Origin: Escherichia coli
Lineage (GTDB): Bacteria > Pseudomonadota > Gammaproteobacteria > Enterobacterales > Enterobacteriaceae
Length of the DNA stretch: 64,000 nucleotides
NCBI RefSeq assembly: GCF_024502345.1
Contig: NZ_JALDNN010000001.1
Reading direction: 5' to 3' (one strand)
The first letter of the stretch is position 1, and the number at the start of each line of letters is the position of its first letter. The notes under the pieces were generated by a model that saw nothing but the letters and a program-made list of their open reading frames with translations, did not search any database and was not told the origin of the DNA. This document shows, in pieces, positions 1-16,845 of the stretch. The position numbers and the translations under genes were made by a program.

Positions 1-3000
1 ACAAGGAGCGGAATTTACATTATCACCAGAAAATGAAACTGGAATGACTCTGTTTGCCAATAACACCGTTTCAGGAGAATATAATAACGGCGGGGCAATA
101 TTTGCTAAAGAAAACTCAACGCTGAATCTTACGGATGTTATTTTTTCTGGTAACGTCGCAGGCGGCTATGGTGGCGCAATCTATTCTTCTGGTACTAACG
201 ATACCGGTGCCATCGATTTACGTGTCACTAACGCCGTGTTTCGCAATAACATCGCTAATGACGGCAAAGGTGGTGCAATTTATACCATCAATAATGATAT
301 CTATTTAAGTGATGATGTTTTTAACAATAACCAGGCATATACATCAACAAGTTACAGTGATGGCGATGGCGGCGCAATCGATGTCACAGATAATAATAGC
401 GACAGCAAGCATCCTTCAGGTTATACGATAATAAATAACACTGCCTTTACAAATAACACTGCCGAAGGTTATGGCGGGGCGATATATACCAATAGCGCGA
501 CGGCTCCCTATCTTATTGATATTTCTGTTGATGACAGCTACAGCCAGAACGGAGGCGTGTTAGTCGATGAGAACAATAGCGCAGCAGGCTATGGAGATGG
601 TCCTTCCTCTGCGGCGGGTGGCTTTATGTATCTCGGCTTAAGTGAAGTTACCTTTGATATTGCCGACGGAAAAACGCTGGTTATCGGCAATACAGAGAAT
701 GACGGAGCTGTTGACTCTATTGCTGGTACCGGGTTGATCACCAAAACAGGTTCCGGCGATCTGGTACTTAATGCAGATAACAATGACTTTACTGGTGAGA
801 TGCAGATTGAAAACGGTGAAGTTATTCTGGGCCGCAGCAACTCCCTGATGAATGTCGGAGATACTCATTGCCAGGACGATCCGCAAGACTGCTACGGTCT
901 GACGATAGGGAGTATTGATAAGTACCAGAATCAGGCAGAGCTAAACGTTGGCTCGACCCAACAAACTTTTGTGCACGCATTGACGGGCTTTCAGAATGGC
1001 ACTTTAAATATCGATGCTGGTGGCAACGTTACTGTTAATCAGGGCAGTTTTGCTGGCATCATCGAAGGTGCTGGTCAGCTCACCATTGCGCAAAACGGCA
1101 GCTACGTGCTGGCAGGGGCGCAGTCGATGGCGCTAACCGGCGATATAGTCGTTGATGATGGTGCGGTGCTTTTGCTGGAAGCCGACGCGGCAGATCTTAC
1201 CGCTCTCCAGGACGATCCGCAGTCGATCGTGTTAAACGGCGGTGTGCTCGATCTCTCTGATTTCTCCACCTGGCAGAGCGGCACATCATACAATGATGGC
1301 CTTGAAGTCAGTGGCAGCAGCGGAACGGTTATCGGCAGTCAGGATGTGGTAGATCTTGCAGGCGGAAACGATATGCATATCGGCGGCGACGGGAAAGATG
1401 GCGTCTACGTGGTGATCGATGCGGGTGACGGGCAGGTCAGCCTGGCAAATGACAATCAATACCTCGGCACAACGCAAATCGCTTCCGGTACGCTGATGGT
1501 GAGCGACAACTCGCAGCTTGGAGATACCCATTATAACCGCCAGGTTATCTTTACCGATAAGCCACAAGAAAGCGTGATGGAGATTACTGCCAATGTCGAT
1601 ACTCGCTCTACAACGACTGAGCATGGGCGTGATATTGAAATGCGCGCCGACGGTGAAGTGGCAGTTGATGCGGGGGTAGACACGCAGTGGGGCGCACTGA
1701 TGGCTGACAGCAGCGGGCAGCATCATGATGAGGGTAGCACATTGACGAAAACGGGGGCGGGTACGCTGGAGCTGACCGCCAGCGGTACAACGCAGTCGGC
1801 GGTACGTGTCGAAGAAGGCACCCTGAAAGGTGATGTTGCTGATATCCTTCCTTATGCTTCATCACTGTGGGTTGGTGACGGGGCAACGTTCGAGACTGGC
1901 GCGGATCAGGATATTCAGTCTATCGATGCTACTTCCAGCGGCACTATCGACATCAGCGATGGTACGGTTTTGCGCCTGACCGGGCAGGATACTTCCGTCG
2001 CCCTTGATGCCTCACTGTTTAACGGCGATGGGACGCTGGTAAATGCTACCGATGGCGTGACGTTGACAGGCGAGCTTAATACCAACCTTGAAACTGACAG
2101 CCTGACCTATCTTGCTGACGTGACGGTTAATGGTGATCTGACCAATACGTCCGGTGCGGTTAGCCTGCAAAATGGCGTCGCTGGCGATACGCTGACGGTA
2201 AACGGTGATTATACCGGCGGCGGTACGCTACTGTTCGACAGCGAATTAAACGGCGATGACTCGGTAAGCGATCAATTGGTGATGAACGGTAATACTGCTG
2301 GCAACACAACTGTGGTGGTTAACTCCATTACAGGGATTGGTGAGCCGACATCGACAGGCATTAAAGTGGTTGATTTCGCAGCTGATCCCACGCAGTTTCA
2401 AAACAATGCACAGTTCAGTCTGGCTGGCAGTGGCTACGTCAACATGGGAGCGTATGACTACACGCTAGTGGAAGATAACAACGACTGGTATCTGCGATCG
2501 CAAGAAGTAACGCCGCCATCGCCACCTGAGCCAGACCCGACTCCCGATCCTGATCCCACGCCGGATCCTGACCCAACCCCCGACCCGGCCCCTACGCCTG
2601 CTTACCAGCCGGTGCTGAATGCCAAAGTTGGCGGTTATCTCAATAACCTGCGGGCGGCAAATCAGGCGTTTATGATGGAGCGACGCGATCACGCTGGTAG
2701 CGATGGTCAGACGCTGAATTTACGTGTTATCGGCGGACGTTATCATTACACGGCGGCAGGGCAACTGGCTCAGCAGGAAGACACTTCTACGGTGCAGCTT
2801 AGCGGTGACCTGTTTAGCGGGCGCTGGGGCGATGATGGCGAGTGGATGCTTGGGATTGTAGGTGGCTACAGCGATAACCAGGGCGACAGCCGCTCGAGTA
2901 TGACCGGAACTCGCGCCGATAACCAGAACCACGGTTATGCCGTTGGGCTGACCTCAAGCTGGTATCAGCACGGTAATCAGAAGCAGGGGGCCTGGCTGGA

Positions 3001-3508
3001 TAGCTGGCTGCAATACGCGTGGTTTAACAATGATGTTTCCGAACAAGACGATGGCGTGGATCATTACCATTCGTCGGGGATTATCGCCTCGCTGGAAGCG
3101 GGGTATCAGTGGTTACCGGGGCGTGGTGTGGTGATTGAACCGCAGGCGCAGGTGATTTATCAGGGCGTGCAGCAGGATGATTTTACCGCCGCTAACCGTG
3201 CGCGCGTGTCACAATCGCAGGGTGATGATATTCAGACGCGGCTGGGTTTACACAGCGAATGGCGTACCGCTGTTCATGTCATACCAACATTAGATCTGAA
3301 TTATTATCACGATCCCCATTCGACGGAAATTGAAGAGGATGGCAGCACTATCAGTGACGATGCGGTGAAGCAATGGGGTGAAATAAAAGTGGGAGTCACG
3401 GGCAATATCAGTCAGCGAGTGTCCCTGCGCGGCAGCGTGGCGTGGCAGAAAGGGAGTGATGATTTTGCCCAGACGGCAGGGTTTTTGTCGATGACGGCGA
3501 AATGGTAA
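1..3508 (+). CDS. yfaL: AIDA-type autotransporter adhesin YfaL/EhaC (5' end lies upstream of the window)
   Basis: Frame is open from nt 2 with no stop before the first ATG at 44. Passenger has repeated GGAIY and FxNN (Pmp-type) motifs, a Pro-rich linker and a C-terminal beta-barrel ending FLSMTAKW. Sits next to ubiG-gyrA as in K-12. Confidence 0.93.
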   Translation, partial: QGAEFTLSPENETGMTLFANNTVSGEYNNGGAIFAKENSTLNLTDVIFSGNVAGGYGGAIYSSGTNDTGAIDLRVTNAVFRNNIANDGKGGAIYTINNDIYLSDDVFNNNQAYTSTSYSDGDGGAIDVTDNNSDSKHPSGYTIINNTAFTNNTAEGYGGAIYTNSATAPYLIDISVDDSYSQNGGVLVDENNSAAGYGDGPSSAAGGFMYLGLSEVTFDIADGKTLVIGNTENDGAVDSIAGTGLITKTGSGDLVLNADNNDFTGEMQIENGEVILGRSNSLMNVGDTHCQDDPQDCYGLTIGSIDKYQNQAELNVGSTQQTFVHALTGFQNGTLNIDAGGNVTVNQGSFAGIIEGAGQLTIAQNGSYVLAGAQSMALTGDIVVDDGAVLLLEADAADLTALQDDPQSIVLNGGVLDLSDFSTWQSGTSYNDGLEVSGSSGTVIGSQDVVDLAGGNDMHIGGDGKDGVYVVIDAGDGQVSLANDNQYLGTTQIASGTLMVSDNSQLGDTHYNRQVIFTDKPQESVMEITANVDTRSTTTEHGRDIEMRADGEVAVDAGVDTQWGALMADSSGQHHDEGSTLTKTGAGTLELTASGTTQSAVRVEEGTLKGDVADILPYASSLWVGDGATFETGADQDIQSIDATSSGTIDISDGTVLRLTGQDTSVALDASLFNGDGTLVNATDGVTLTGELNTNLETDSLTYLADVTVNGDLTNTSGAVSLQNGVAGDTLTVNGDYTGGGTLLFDSELNGDDSVSDQLVMNGNTAGNTTVVVNSITGIGEPTSTGIKVVDFAADPTQFQNNAQFSLAGSGYVNMGAYDYTLVEDNNDWYLRSQEVTPPSPPEPDPTPDPDPTPDPDPTPDPAPTPAYQPVLNAKVGGYLNNLRAANQAFMMERRDHAGSDGQTLNLRVIGGRYHYTAAGQLAQQEDTSTVQLSGDLFSGRWGDDGEWMLGIVGGYSDNQGDSRSSMTGTRADNQNHGYAVGLTSSWYQHGNQKQGAWLDSWLQYAWFNNDVSEQDDGVDHYHSSGIIASLEAGYQWLPGRGVVIEPQAQVIYQGVQQDDFTAANRARVSQSQGDDIQTRLGLHSEWRTAVHVIPTLDLNYYHDPHSTEIEEDGSTISDDAVKQWGEIKVGVTGNISQRVSLRGSVAWQKGSDDFAQTAGFLSMTAKW
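2511..2600 (+). repeat. Proline-rich (PDPT)n low-complexity linker inside yfaL
   Basis: Translation reads PPSPPEPDPTPDPDPTPDPDPTPDPAPTP, and the DNA shows reiterated ccnga(c/t)cc(n) units. It lies between the passenger and the beta-barrel. Confidence 0.85.
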
Positions 3509-3520
3509 TCGCTGTCTGAC

Positions 3521-3632
3521 CATCACTATTGCCGGATGCGGCGTAAACGCCTTATCTGGCCTACGGAGAGCATTTGTAGGCCTGATAAGACGCGGCAAGC
3601 GTCGCATCAGGCATTGGCGCGGTTGCCGGATG
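3521..3632. repeat. REP/BIME element cluster
   Basis: gccggatgcggcgtaaacgccttatctggcctac, then inverted gtaggcctgataagacgcggcaagcgtcgcatcaggca, then a partial ttgccggatg. This is the classic E. coli REP consensus, located between convergent yfaL and ubiG. Confidence 0.9.
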
Positions 3633-3648
3633 AATCCAAACAACAACC

Positions 3649-4371
3649 TCACTTATTCTGCGTGTGCAGCATATAGTTCACATCCACGCCGGGGCCGAGT
3701 TTAAAAGTATTAGTGATCGGGTTGTAATGTAGCCCGGTTATATGTCGCTCTTTAAGGCTTGTCTGATCTACCCAGCCAAGCAGCTCTGCCGGTTTAATAA
3801 ACTTCTTCACATCATGCGTGCCTTTGGGCACCATGCGCAAAATATATTCCGCGCCAACCACCGCCATCAGCCATGACTTGCCGTTGCGGTTAAGCGTCGA
3901 GAAAAAGACATCGCCGCCCGGTTTCACCAGTTGCGCACAGGCTCTGACCACTGACTGCGGATCGGGGACGTGCTCCAGCATCTCCATGCAGGTCACCACA
4001 TCATACTGCCCGGCATGTTTTGCCGCGTGCTCTTCCACGGTTTCCTGCACGTAATCCACCTGAATGCCGCTTTCCAGCGCGTGCAGCTTTGCCACCTGCA
4101 ATGGCTCAAAGCCCATATCCAGACCGGTCACCGTCGCGCCTTCGCGCGCCATACTCTCGGCCAGAATGCCGCCGCCACAACCGACATCGAGCACCTTTTT
4201 GCCAAATAAGCCGCCAGCACGCTCGGCAATATAGCCCAGACGCAGCGGGTTAATGCGGTGCAGCGGTTTGAACTCACCTTCCAGATCCCACCAGCGGGAG
4301 GCGACGGCTTCAAATTTAGCGATCTCTTCGTGGTCTACGTTATGGTTTACCGGCGATTTTTCGGCATTCAT
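3649..4371 (-). CDS. ubiG: Ubiquinone biosynthesis O-methyltransferase UbiG
   Basis: 240 aa starting [21 protein letters not shown], with SAM motif [11 protein letters not shown]. The track ORF carries a 16-aa upstream extension. The start was chosen from the remembered K-12 UbiG N-terminus and length. Confidence 0.95.
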
Positions 4372-4464
4372 TGGCACTTCTACTCCGTAATTGGCAAGAC
4401 AAACGAGTATATCAGGCATTGGATGTGAATAAAGCGTATAGGTTTACCTCAAACTGCGCGGCTG

Positions 4465-4473
4465 TGTTATAAT
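4465..4473 (+). promoter_or_regulatory. Extended -10 element (TGtTATAAT) of the gyrA promoter
   Basis: tgttataat lies about 45 nt upstream of the gyrA ATG. It matches the remembered gyrA promoter region of E. coli. Confidence 0.6.
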
Positions 4474-4517
4474 TTGCGACCTTTGAATCCGGGATACAGT
4501 AGAGGGATAGCGGTTAG

Positions 4518-7145
4518 ATGAGCGACCTTGCGAGAGAAATTACACCGGTCAACATTGAGGAAGAGCTGAAGAGCTCCTATCTGGATTATGCGATGTCGGT
4601 CATTGTTGGCCGTGCGCTGCCAGATGTCCGAGATGGCCTGAAGCCGGTACACCGTCGCGTACTTTACGCCATGAACGTACTAGGCAATGACTGGAACAAA
4701 GCCTATAAAAAATCTGCCCGTGTCGTTGGTGACGTAATCGGTAAATACCATCCCCATGGTGACTCGGCGGTTTATGACACGATCGTCCGTATGGCGCAGC
4801 CATTCTCGCTGCGTTACATGCTGGTAGACGGTCAGGGTAACTTCGGTTCCATCGACGGCGACTCTGCGGCGGCAATGCGTTATACGGAAATCCGTCTGGC
4901 GAAAATTGCCCATGAACTGATGGCCGATCTCGAAAAAGAGACGGTCGATTTTGTTGATAACTATGACGGCACGGAAAAAATTCCCGACGTCATGCCAACC
5001 AAAATTCCTAACCTGCTGGTGAACGGTTCTTCCGGTATCGCCGTAGGTATGGCAACCAACATCCCGCCGCACAACCTGACGGAAGTCATCAACGGTTGTC
5101 TGGCGTATATCGATGATGAAGACATCAGCATTGAAGGGCTGATGGAACACATCCCGGGGCCGGACTTCCCGACGGCGGCAATCATTAACGGTCGTCGCGG
5201 TATTGAAGAAGCTTACCGTACCGGTCGCGGCAAGGTGTATATCCGCGCTCGCGCAGAAGTGGAAGTTGACGCCAAAACCGGTCGTGAAACCATTATCGTC
5301 CACGAAATTCCGTATCAGGTAAACAAAGCGCGCCTGATCGAGAAGATTGCGGAACTGGTAAAAGAAAAACGCGTGGAAGGCATCAGCGCGCTGCGTGACG
5401 AGTCTGACAAAGACGGTATGCGCATCGTGATTGAAGTGAAACGCGATGCGGTCGGTGAAGTTGTGCTCAACAACCTCTACTCCCAGACCCAGTTGCAGGT
5501 TTCTTTCGGTATCAACATGGTGGCATTGCACCATGGTCAGCCGAAGATCATGAACCTGAAAGACATCATCGCGGCGTTTGTTCGTCACCGCCGTGAAGTG
5601 GTGACCCGTCGTACTATTTTCGAACTGCGTAAAGCTCGCGATCGTGCTCATATCCTTGAAGCATTAGCCGTGGCGCTGGCGAACATCGACCCGATCATCG
5701 AACTGATCCGTCATGCGCCGACGCCTGCAGAAGCGAAAACTGCGCTGGTTGCTAATCCGTGGCAGCTGGGCAACGTTGCCGCGATGCTCGAACGTGCTGG
5801 CGACGATGCTGCGCGTCCGGAATGGCTGGAGCCAGAGTTCGGCGTGCGTGATGGTCTGTACTACCTGACCGAACAGCAAGCTCAGGCGATTCTGGATCTG
5901 CGTTTGCAGAAACTGACCGGCCTTGAGCACGAAAAACTGCTCGACGAATACAAAGAGCTGCTGGATCAGATCGCGGAACTGTTGCGTATTCTTGGTAGCG
6001 CCGATCGTCTGATGGAAGTGATCCGCGAAGAGCTGGAGCTGGTTCGTGAACAGTTCGGTGACAAACGTCGTACTGAAATCACCGCCAACAGCGCAGACAT
6101 CAACCTGGAAGATCTGATCACCCAGGAAGATGTGGTCGTGACGCTCTCTCACCAGGGCTATGTTAAATATCAGCCGCTTTCTGAATACGAAGCGCAGCGT
6201 CGTGGCGGGAAAGGTAAATCTGCCGCACGTATTAAAGAAGAAGACTTTATCGACCGACTGCTGGTGGCAAACACGCACGACCATATTCTGTGCTTCTCCA
6301 GCCGTGGTCGCGTCTATTCGATGAAAGTTTACCAGTTGCCGGAGGCCACTCGTGGCGCGCGCGGTCGTCCGATCGTCAACCTGCTGCCGCTGGAGCAGGA
6401 CGAACGTATCACCGCGATCCTGCCGGTGACCGAGTTTGAAGAAGGCGTGAAAGTCTTCATGGCGACCGCTAACGGTACTGTGAAGAAAACCGTCCTCACC
6501 GAATTCAACCGTCTGCGTACCGCCGGTAAAGTGGCGATCAAACTGGTTGAAGGCGATGAGCTGATCGGCGTTGATCTGACCAGTGGCGAAGATGAAGTAA
6601 TGCTGTTCTCCGCCGAAGGTAAAGTGGTGCGCTTTAAAGAGTCTTCTGTCCGTGCGATGGGCTGCAACACCACCGGTGTTCGCGGTATTCGTTTAGGCGA
6701 AGGCGATAAAGTCGTCTCTCTGATCGTGCCTCGTGGCGATGGCGCAATCCTCACCGCAACGCAGAACGGTTATGGTAAACGTACTGCAGTGGCGGAATAC
6801 CCGACTAAGTCGCGTGCGACGAAAGGGGTTATCTCCATCAAGGTTACCGAACGTAACGGTTTAGTGGTTGGCGCGGTGCAGGTAGATGACTGCGACCAGA
6901 TCATGATGATCACCGATGCCGGTACGCTGGTACGTACGCGCGTTTCAGAAATCAGCATCGTGGGCCGTAACACCCAGGGCGTGATCCTCATCCGTACTGC
7001 GGAAGATGAAAACGTAGTGGGTCTGCAACGTGTTGCTGAACCGGTTGACGAGGAAGATCTGGATACCATCGACGGCAGTGCCGCGGAAGGGGACGATGAA
7101 ATCGCTCCGGAAGTGGACGTTGACGACGAGCCAGAAGAAGAATAA
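4518..7145 (+). CDS. gyrA: DNA gyrase subunit A
   Basis: 875 aa, [47 protein letters not shown], with an acidic tail ending DDEPEEE. The quinolone-resistance region reads [11 protein letters not shown], so by direct count Ser83 and Asp87 are wild type. Confidence 0.99.
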   Translation: MSDLAREITPVNIEEELKSSYLDYAMSVIVGRALPDVRDGLKPVHRRVLYAMNVLGNDWNKAYKKSARVVGDVIGKYHPHGDSAVYDTIVRMAQPFSLRYMLVDGQGNFGSIDGDSAAAMRYTEIRLAKIAHELMADLEKETVDFVDNYDGTEKIPDVMPTKIPNLLVNGSSGIAVGMATNIPPHNLTEVINGCLAYIDDEDISIEGLMEHIPGPDFPTAAIINGRRGIEEAYRTGRGKVYIRARAEVEVDAKTGRETIIVHEIPYQVNKARLIEKIAELVKEKRVEGISALRDESDKDGMRIVIEVKRDAVGEVVLNNLYSQTQLQVSFGINMVALHHGQPKIMNLKDIIAAFVRHRREVVTRRTIFELRKARDRAHILEALAVALANIDPIIELIRHAPTPAEAKTALVANPWQLGNVAAMLERAGDDAARPEWLEPEFGVRDGLYYLTEQQAQAILDLRLQKLTGLEHEKLLDEYKELLDQIAELLRILGSADRLMEVIREELELVREQFGDKRRTEITANSADINLEDLITQEDVVVTLSHQGYVKYQPLSEYEAQRRGGKGKSAARIKEEDFIDRLLVANTHDHILCFSSRGRVYSMKVYQLPEATRGARGRPIVNLLPLEQDERITAILPVTEFEEGVKVFMATANGTVKKTVLTEFNRLRTAGKVAIKLVEGDELIGVDLTSGEDEVMLFSAEGKVVRFKESSVRAMGCNTTGVRGIRLGEGDKVVSLIVPRGDGAILTATQNGYGKRTAVAEYPTKSRATKGVISIKVTERNGLVVGAVQVDDCDQIMMITDAGTLVRTRVSEISIVGRNTQGVILIRTAEDENVVGLQRVAEPVDEEDLDTIDGSAAEGDDEIAPEVDVDDEPEEE

Positions 7146-7293
7146 TTTTACTTCTTCATGCCAAAAGGGAGCTATCTCCCTTGTTTGAATTGAAAAGTCC
7201 AGGCTGCAAAGTCTGGGCTTTTGTCGTATTAGGGCGCGGTAAAGTTTGGCTGTGTCCGTAAAAAATGGCTGGCTATACACAAGGAATGTGGCA

Positions 7294-14140
<6,847 letters not shown>

Positions 14141-15790
14141 GTGAACTGGCGCAGAATCGTCTGGCTATTGGCGTTGGTTACTCTGCCAACGCTTGCGGAG
14201 GAGACGCCGTTACAACTGGCACTGCGCGGTGCGCAGCACGATCAACTGTATCAGCTGTCGTCATCAGGCGTGACCAAAGCCTCGACATTACCTGACTCGC
14301 TCACCACGCCGTTAGGGAGTTTGTGGAAACTGTATGTTTACGCCTGGCTGGAGGATACCCATCAACCGGAGCAGCCCTACCAGTGTCGCGGAAACTCCCC
14401 GGAAGAGGTTTATTGTTGTCAGGCTGGGGAGAGCATAACGAGCGATACCGCGCTGGTACGTTCCTGTGGGCTCTATTTTGCGCCGCAGCGGTTGCATATT
14501 GGCGCAGATGTGTGGGGGCAATACTGGCAACAGCGTCAGGCACCTGCGTGGTTAGCGTCTCTTACTACGCTGAAGCCAGAAACCTCGGTAACGGTTAAAT
14601 CGCTGCTTGATTCATTAGCGACGTTACCTGCGCAAAACAAAGCTCAGGAAGTCTTACTGGATGTGGTGCTGGACGAGGCGAAAATCGGTGTCGCATCCAT
14701 GCTCGGTAGTCGGGTACGGGTGAAAACCTGGAGCTGGTTTGCCGATGATAAACAGGAAATCCGTCAGGGTGGTTTTGCTGGCTGGTTAACCGATGGTACA
14801 CCGCTGTGGGTTACTGGCAGTGGCACCAGCAAAACGGTACTGACCCGTTATGCGACGGTGCTTAATCGGGTTTTGCCAGTGTCGACGCAAGTTGCCAGTG
14901 GGCAATGTGTAGAGGTGGAGCTGTTTGCCCGCTATCCGCTGAAGAAAATCACAGCGGAAAAGAGTACGACGGCAGTAAAACCCGGCGTACTTAATGGGCG
15001 CTATCATGTGACGTTTACTAATGGTAACCACATTACGTTTGTCAGCCACGGTGAGACGACCTTACTGAGCGAAAAGGGCAAACTGAAATTGCAGTCGCAT
15101 CTCGATCGTGAAGAGTACGTTGCCAGAGTTCTGGATCGCGAGGCGAAAAGTACGCCCCCTGAGGCAGCGAAAGCCATGACCGTGGCGATTCGCACTTTTT
15201 TACAGCAAAACGCCAATCGGGAAGGCGATTGCCTGACCATCCCCGACAGCAGCGCCACGCAGCGTGTTTCTGCTTCGCCAGCGACCACGGGGGCGCGAAC
15301 GATGACCGCCTGGACGCAGGATCTCATCTATGCAGGCGATCCGGTTCATTATCATGGCAGTCGCGCTACCGAAGGGACACTTTCCTGGCGGCATGCCATG
15401 GCCCAGGCGGGGCAGGGAGAGCGTTACGACCAGATACTCGTGTTTGCTTATCCCGACAACAGCCTTAGCCGCTGGGGAGCGCCACGCTCAACCTGTCAGT
15501 TATTACCCAAAGCGAAAGCCTGGCTGGCGAAAAAAATGCCGCAGTGGCGGCGTATATTACAAGGCGAGACGGGGTACAACGAACCAGACGTGTTTGCGGT
15601 CTGTCGTTTAGTCTCAGGTTTCCCCTATACCGATCGGCAGCAGAAACGGCTGTTTATTCGTAACTTCTTTACGCTTCAGGATCGGCTGGATTTAACCCAT
15701 GAGTATCTGCACCTGGCCTTTGATGGTTATCCCACCGGGCTTGATGAGAACTATATCGAAACGCTGACCCGACAATTATTAATGGACTAA
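14141..15790 (+). CDS. yfaQ: YfaQ, exported protein with a SpoIID-like segment (DUF2300 as I recall)
   Basis: GTG start immediately after the yfaS stop. 549 aa, signal peptide MNWRRIVWLLALVTLPTLA. The segment REEYVARVLDREAKSTPPEAAKAMTVAIRTFLQQNA resembles the SpoIID/LytB signature. Confidence 0.88.
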   Translation: MNWRRIVWLLALVTLPTLAEETPLQLALRGAQHDQLYQLSSSGVTKASTLPDSLTTPLGSLWKLYVYAWLEDTHQPEQPYQCRGNSPEEVYCCQAGESITSDTALVRSCGLYFAPQRLHIGADVWGQYWQQRQAPAWLASLTTLKPETSVTVKSLLDSLATLPAQNKAQEVLLDVVLDEAKIGVASMLGSRVRVKTWSWFADDKQEIRQGGFAGWLTDGTPLWVTGSGTSKTVLTRYATVLNRVLPVSTQVASGQCVEVELFARYPLKKITAEKSTTAVKPGVLNGRYHVTFTNGNHITFVSHGETTLLSEKGKLKLQSHLDREEYVARVLDREAKSTPPEAAKAMTVAIRTFLQQNANREGDCLTIPDSSATQRVSASPATTGARTMTAWTQDLIYAGDPVHYHGSRATEGTLSWRHAMAQAGQGERYDQILVFAYPDNSLSRWGAPRSTCQLLPKAKAWLAKKMPQWRRILQGETGYNEPDVFAVCRLVSGFPYTDRQQKRLFIRNFFTLQDRLDLTHEYLHLAFDGYPTGLDENYIETLTRQLLMD

Positions 15791-15794
15791 TGCT

Positions 15795-16571
15795 ATGCGA
15801 AAGATTTTTCTTCCGTTGTTACTGGTGGCGCTTTCGCCTGTCGCTCACAGTGAAGGTGTGCAGGAAGTCGAGATTGACGCACCGCTCTCAGGCTGGCATC
15901 CGGCAGAGGGCGAAGATGCCAGTTTTTCACAATCGATCAATTACCCGGCGTCGTCCGTCAATATGGCAGATGATCAAAATATCTCAGCGCAGATCCACGG
16001 CAAAATAAAGAATTATGCTGCGGCGGGTAAAGTTCAGCAGGGCCGGCTGGTGGTCAACGGTGCCAGTATGCCGCAGAGAATTGAATCCGATGGTTCATTT
16101 GCACGCCCTTATATTTTCACTGAAGGCAGCAACAGCGTGCAGGTCATCAGCCCAGATGGGCAAAGCCGACAAAAAATGCAGTTTTACTCAACGCTGGGCG
16201 CTGGAGTGATTCGCGCACGTTTACGGCTGGTTCTCTCGTGGGATACGGACAATACCGACCTCGATCTTCACGTTGTCACGCCCGATGGCGAACACGCCTG
16301 GTACGGTAACACCGTGCTGAAAAACAGTGGTGCACTGGATATGGATGTCACGACGGGGTATGGACCCGAGATTTTCGCCATGCCAGCGCCAGTTCACGGG
16401 CGCTATCAGGTGTATATCAACTACTACGGCGGGCGCAGCGAAACGGAATTAACCACCGCCCAACTGACGCTGATCACCGATGAAGGATCGGTCAATGAGA
16501 AACAGGAAACATTTATTGTACCGATGCGTAATGCTGGCGAGCTGACGCTGGTGAAAAGTTTTGACTGGTGA
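15795..16571 (+). CDS. yfaP: YfaP, exported protein (DUF2135 as I recall)
   Basis: 258 aa, signal peptide MRKIFLPLLLVALSPVAHS. Starts 4 nt after the yfaQ stop and is the last gene of the yfa operon. Confidence 0.9.
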   Translation: MRKIFLPLLLVALSPVAHSEGVQEVEIDAPLSGWHPAEGEDASFSQSINYPASSVNMADDQNISAQIHGKIKNYAAAGKVQQGRLVVNGASMPQRIESDGSFARPYIFTEGSNSVQVISPDGQSRQKMQFYSTLGAGVIRARLRLVLSWDTDNTDLDLHVVTPDGEHAWYGNTVLKNSGALDMDVTTGYGPEIFAMPAPVHGRYQVYINYYGGRSETELTTAQLTLITDEGSVNEKQETFIVPMRNAGELTLVKSFDW

Positions 16572-16625
16572 TCCATCCCTTCACACAACCTGGCTCTTTC
16601 TTTTTTCAGATAAGACTGCTGGGCG

Positions 16626-16669
16626 ATCTGCCGACGCCAGGATATAACCATTAACAAGCGTCGGCAGAT
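16626..16669 (+). terminator. Perfect 12-bp inverted repeat, candidate yfa operon terminator
   Basis: atctgccgacgc, then 20 nt, then gcgtcggcagat, followed by a T-rich tract (tcatttcttattttt). The large loop makes the assignment tentative. Confidence 0.4.
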
Positions 16670-16845
16670 TGGTCATTTCTTATTTTTCGTACTGAGAACT
16701 GTCCATTTACTCCGGCTTTCCTGGTTAAGGCAATGGTTTCTAAGCGATACGCATTATTGCAATGGTGACAGAACATTGCGGTAACACGCTTTTACCGCTA
16801 CCTTAACCACACTCCATCGGTCACCTGAGGCGGAGCTTCGCCCCT

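Noticed and set aside
4680-6284. Long antisense ORFs inside gyrA (323 aa at 4680-5651 and 206 aa at 5664-6284, minus strand)
   Set aside because: They lie fully inside a certain, highly conserved gene. Their low-complexity translations (runs of F, V, R, T) are typical of shadow frames, and there are no RBS contexts. The same applies to the other antisense ORFs in yfaL, yfaS, rcsC, rcsD, napA and yojI.
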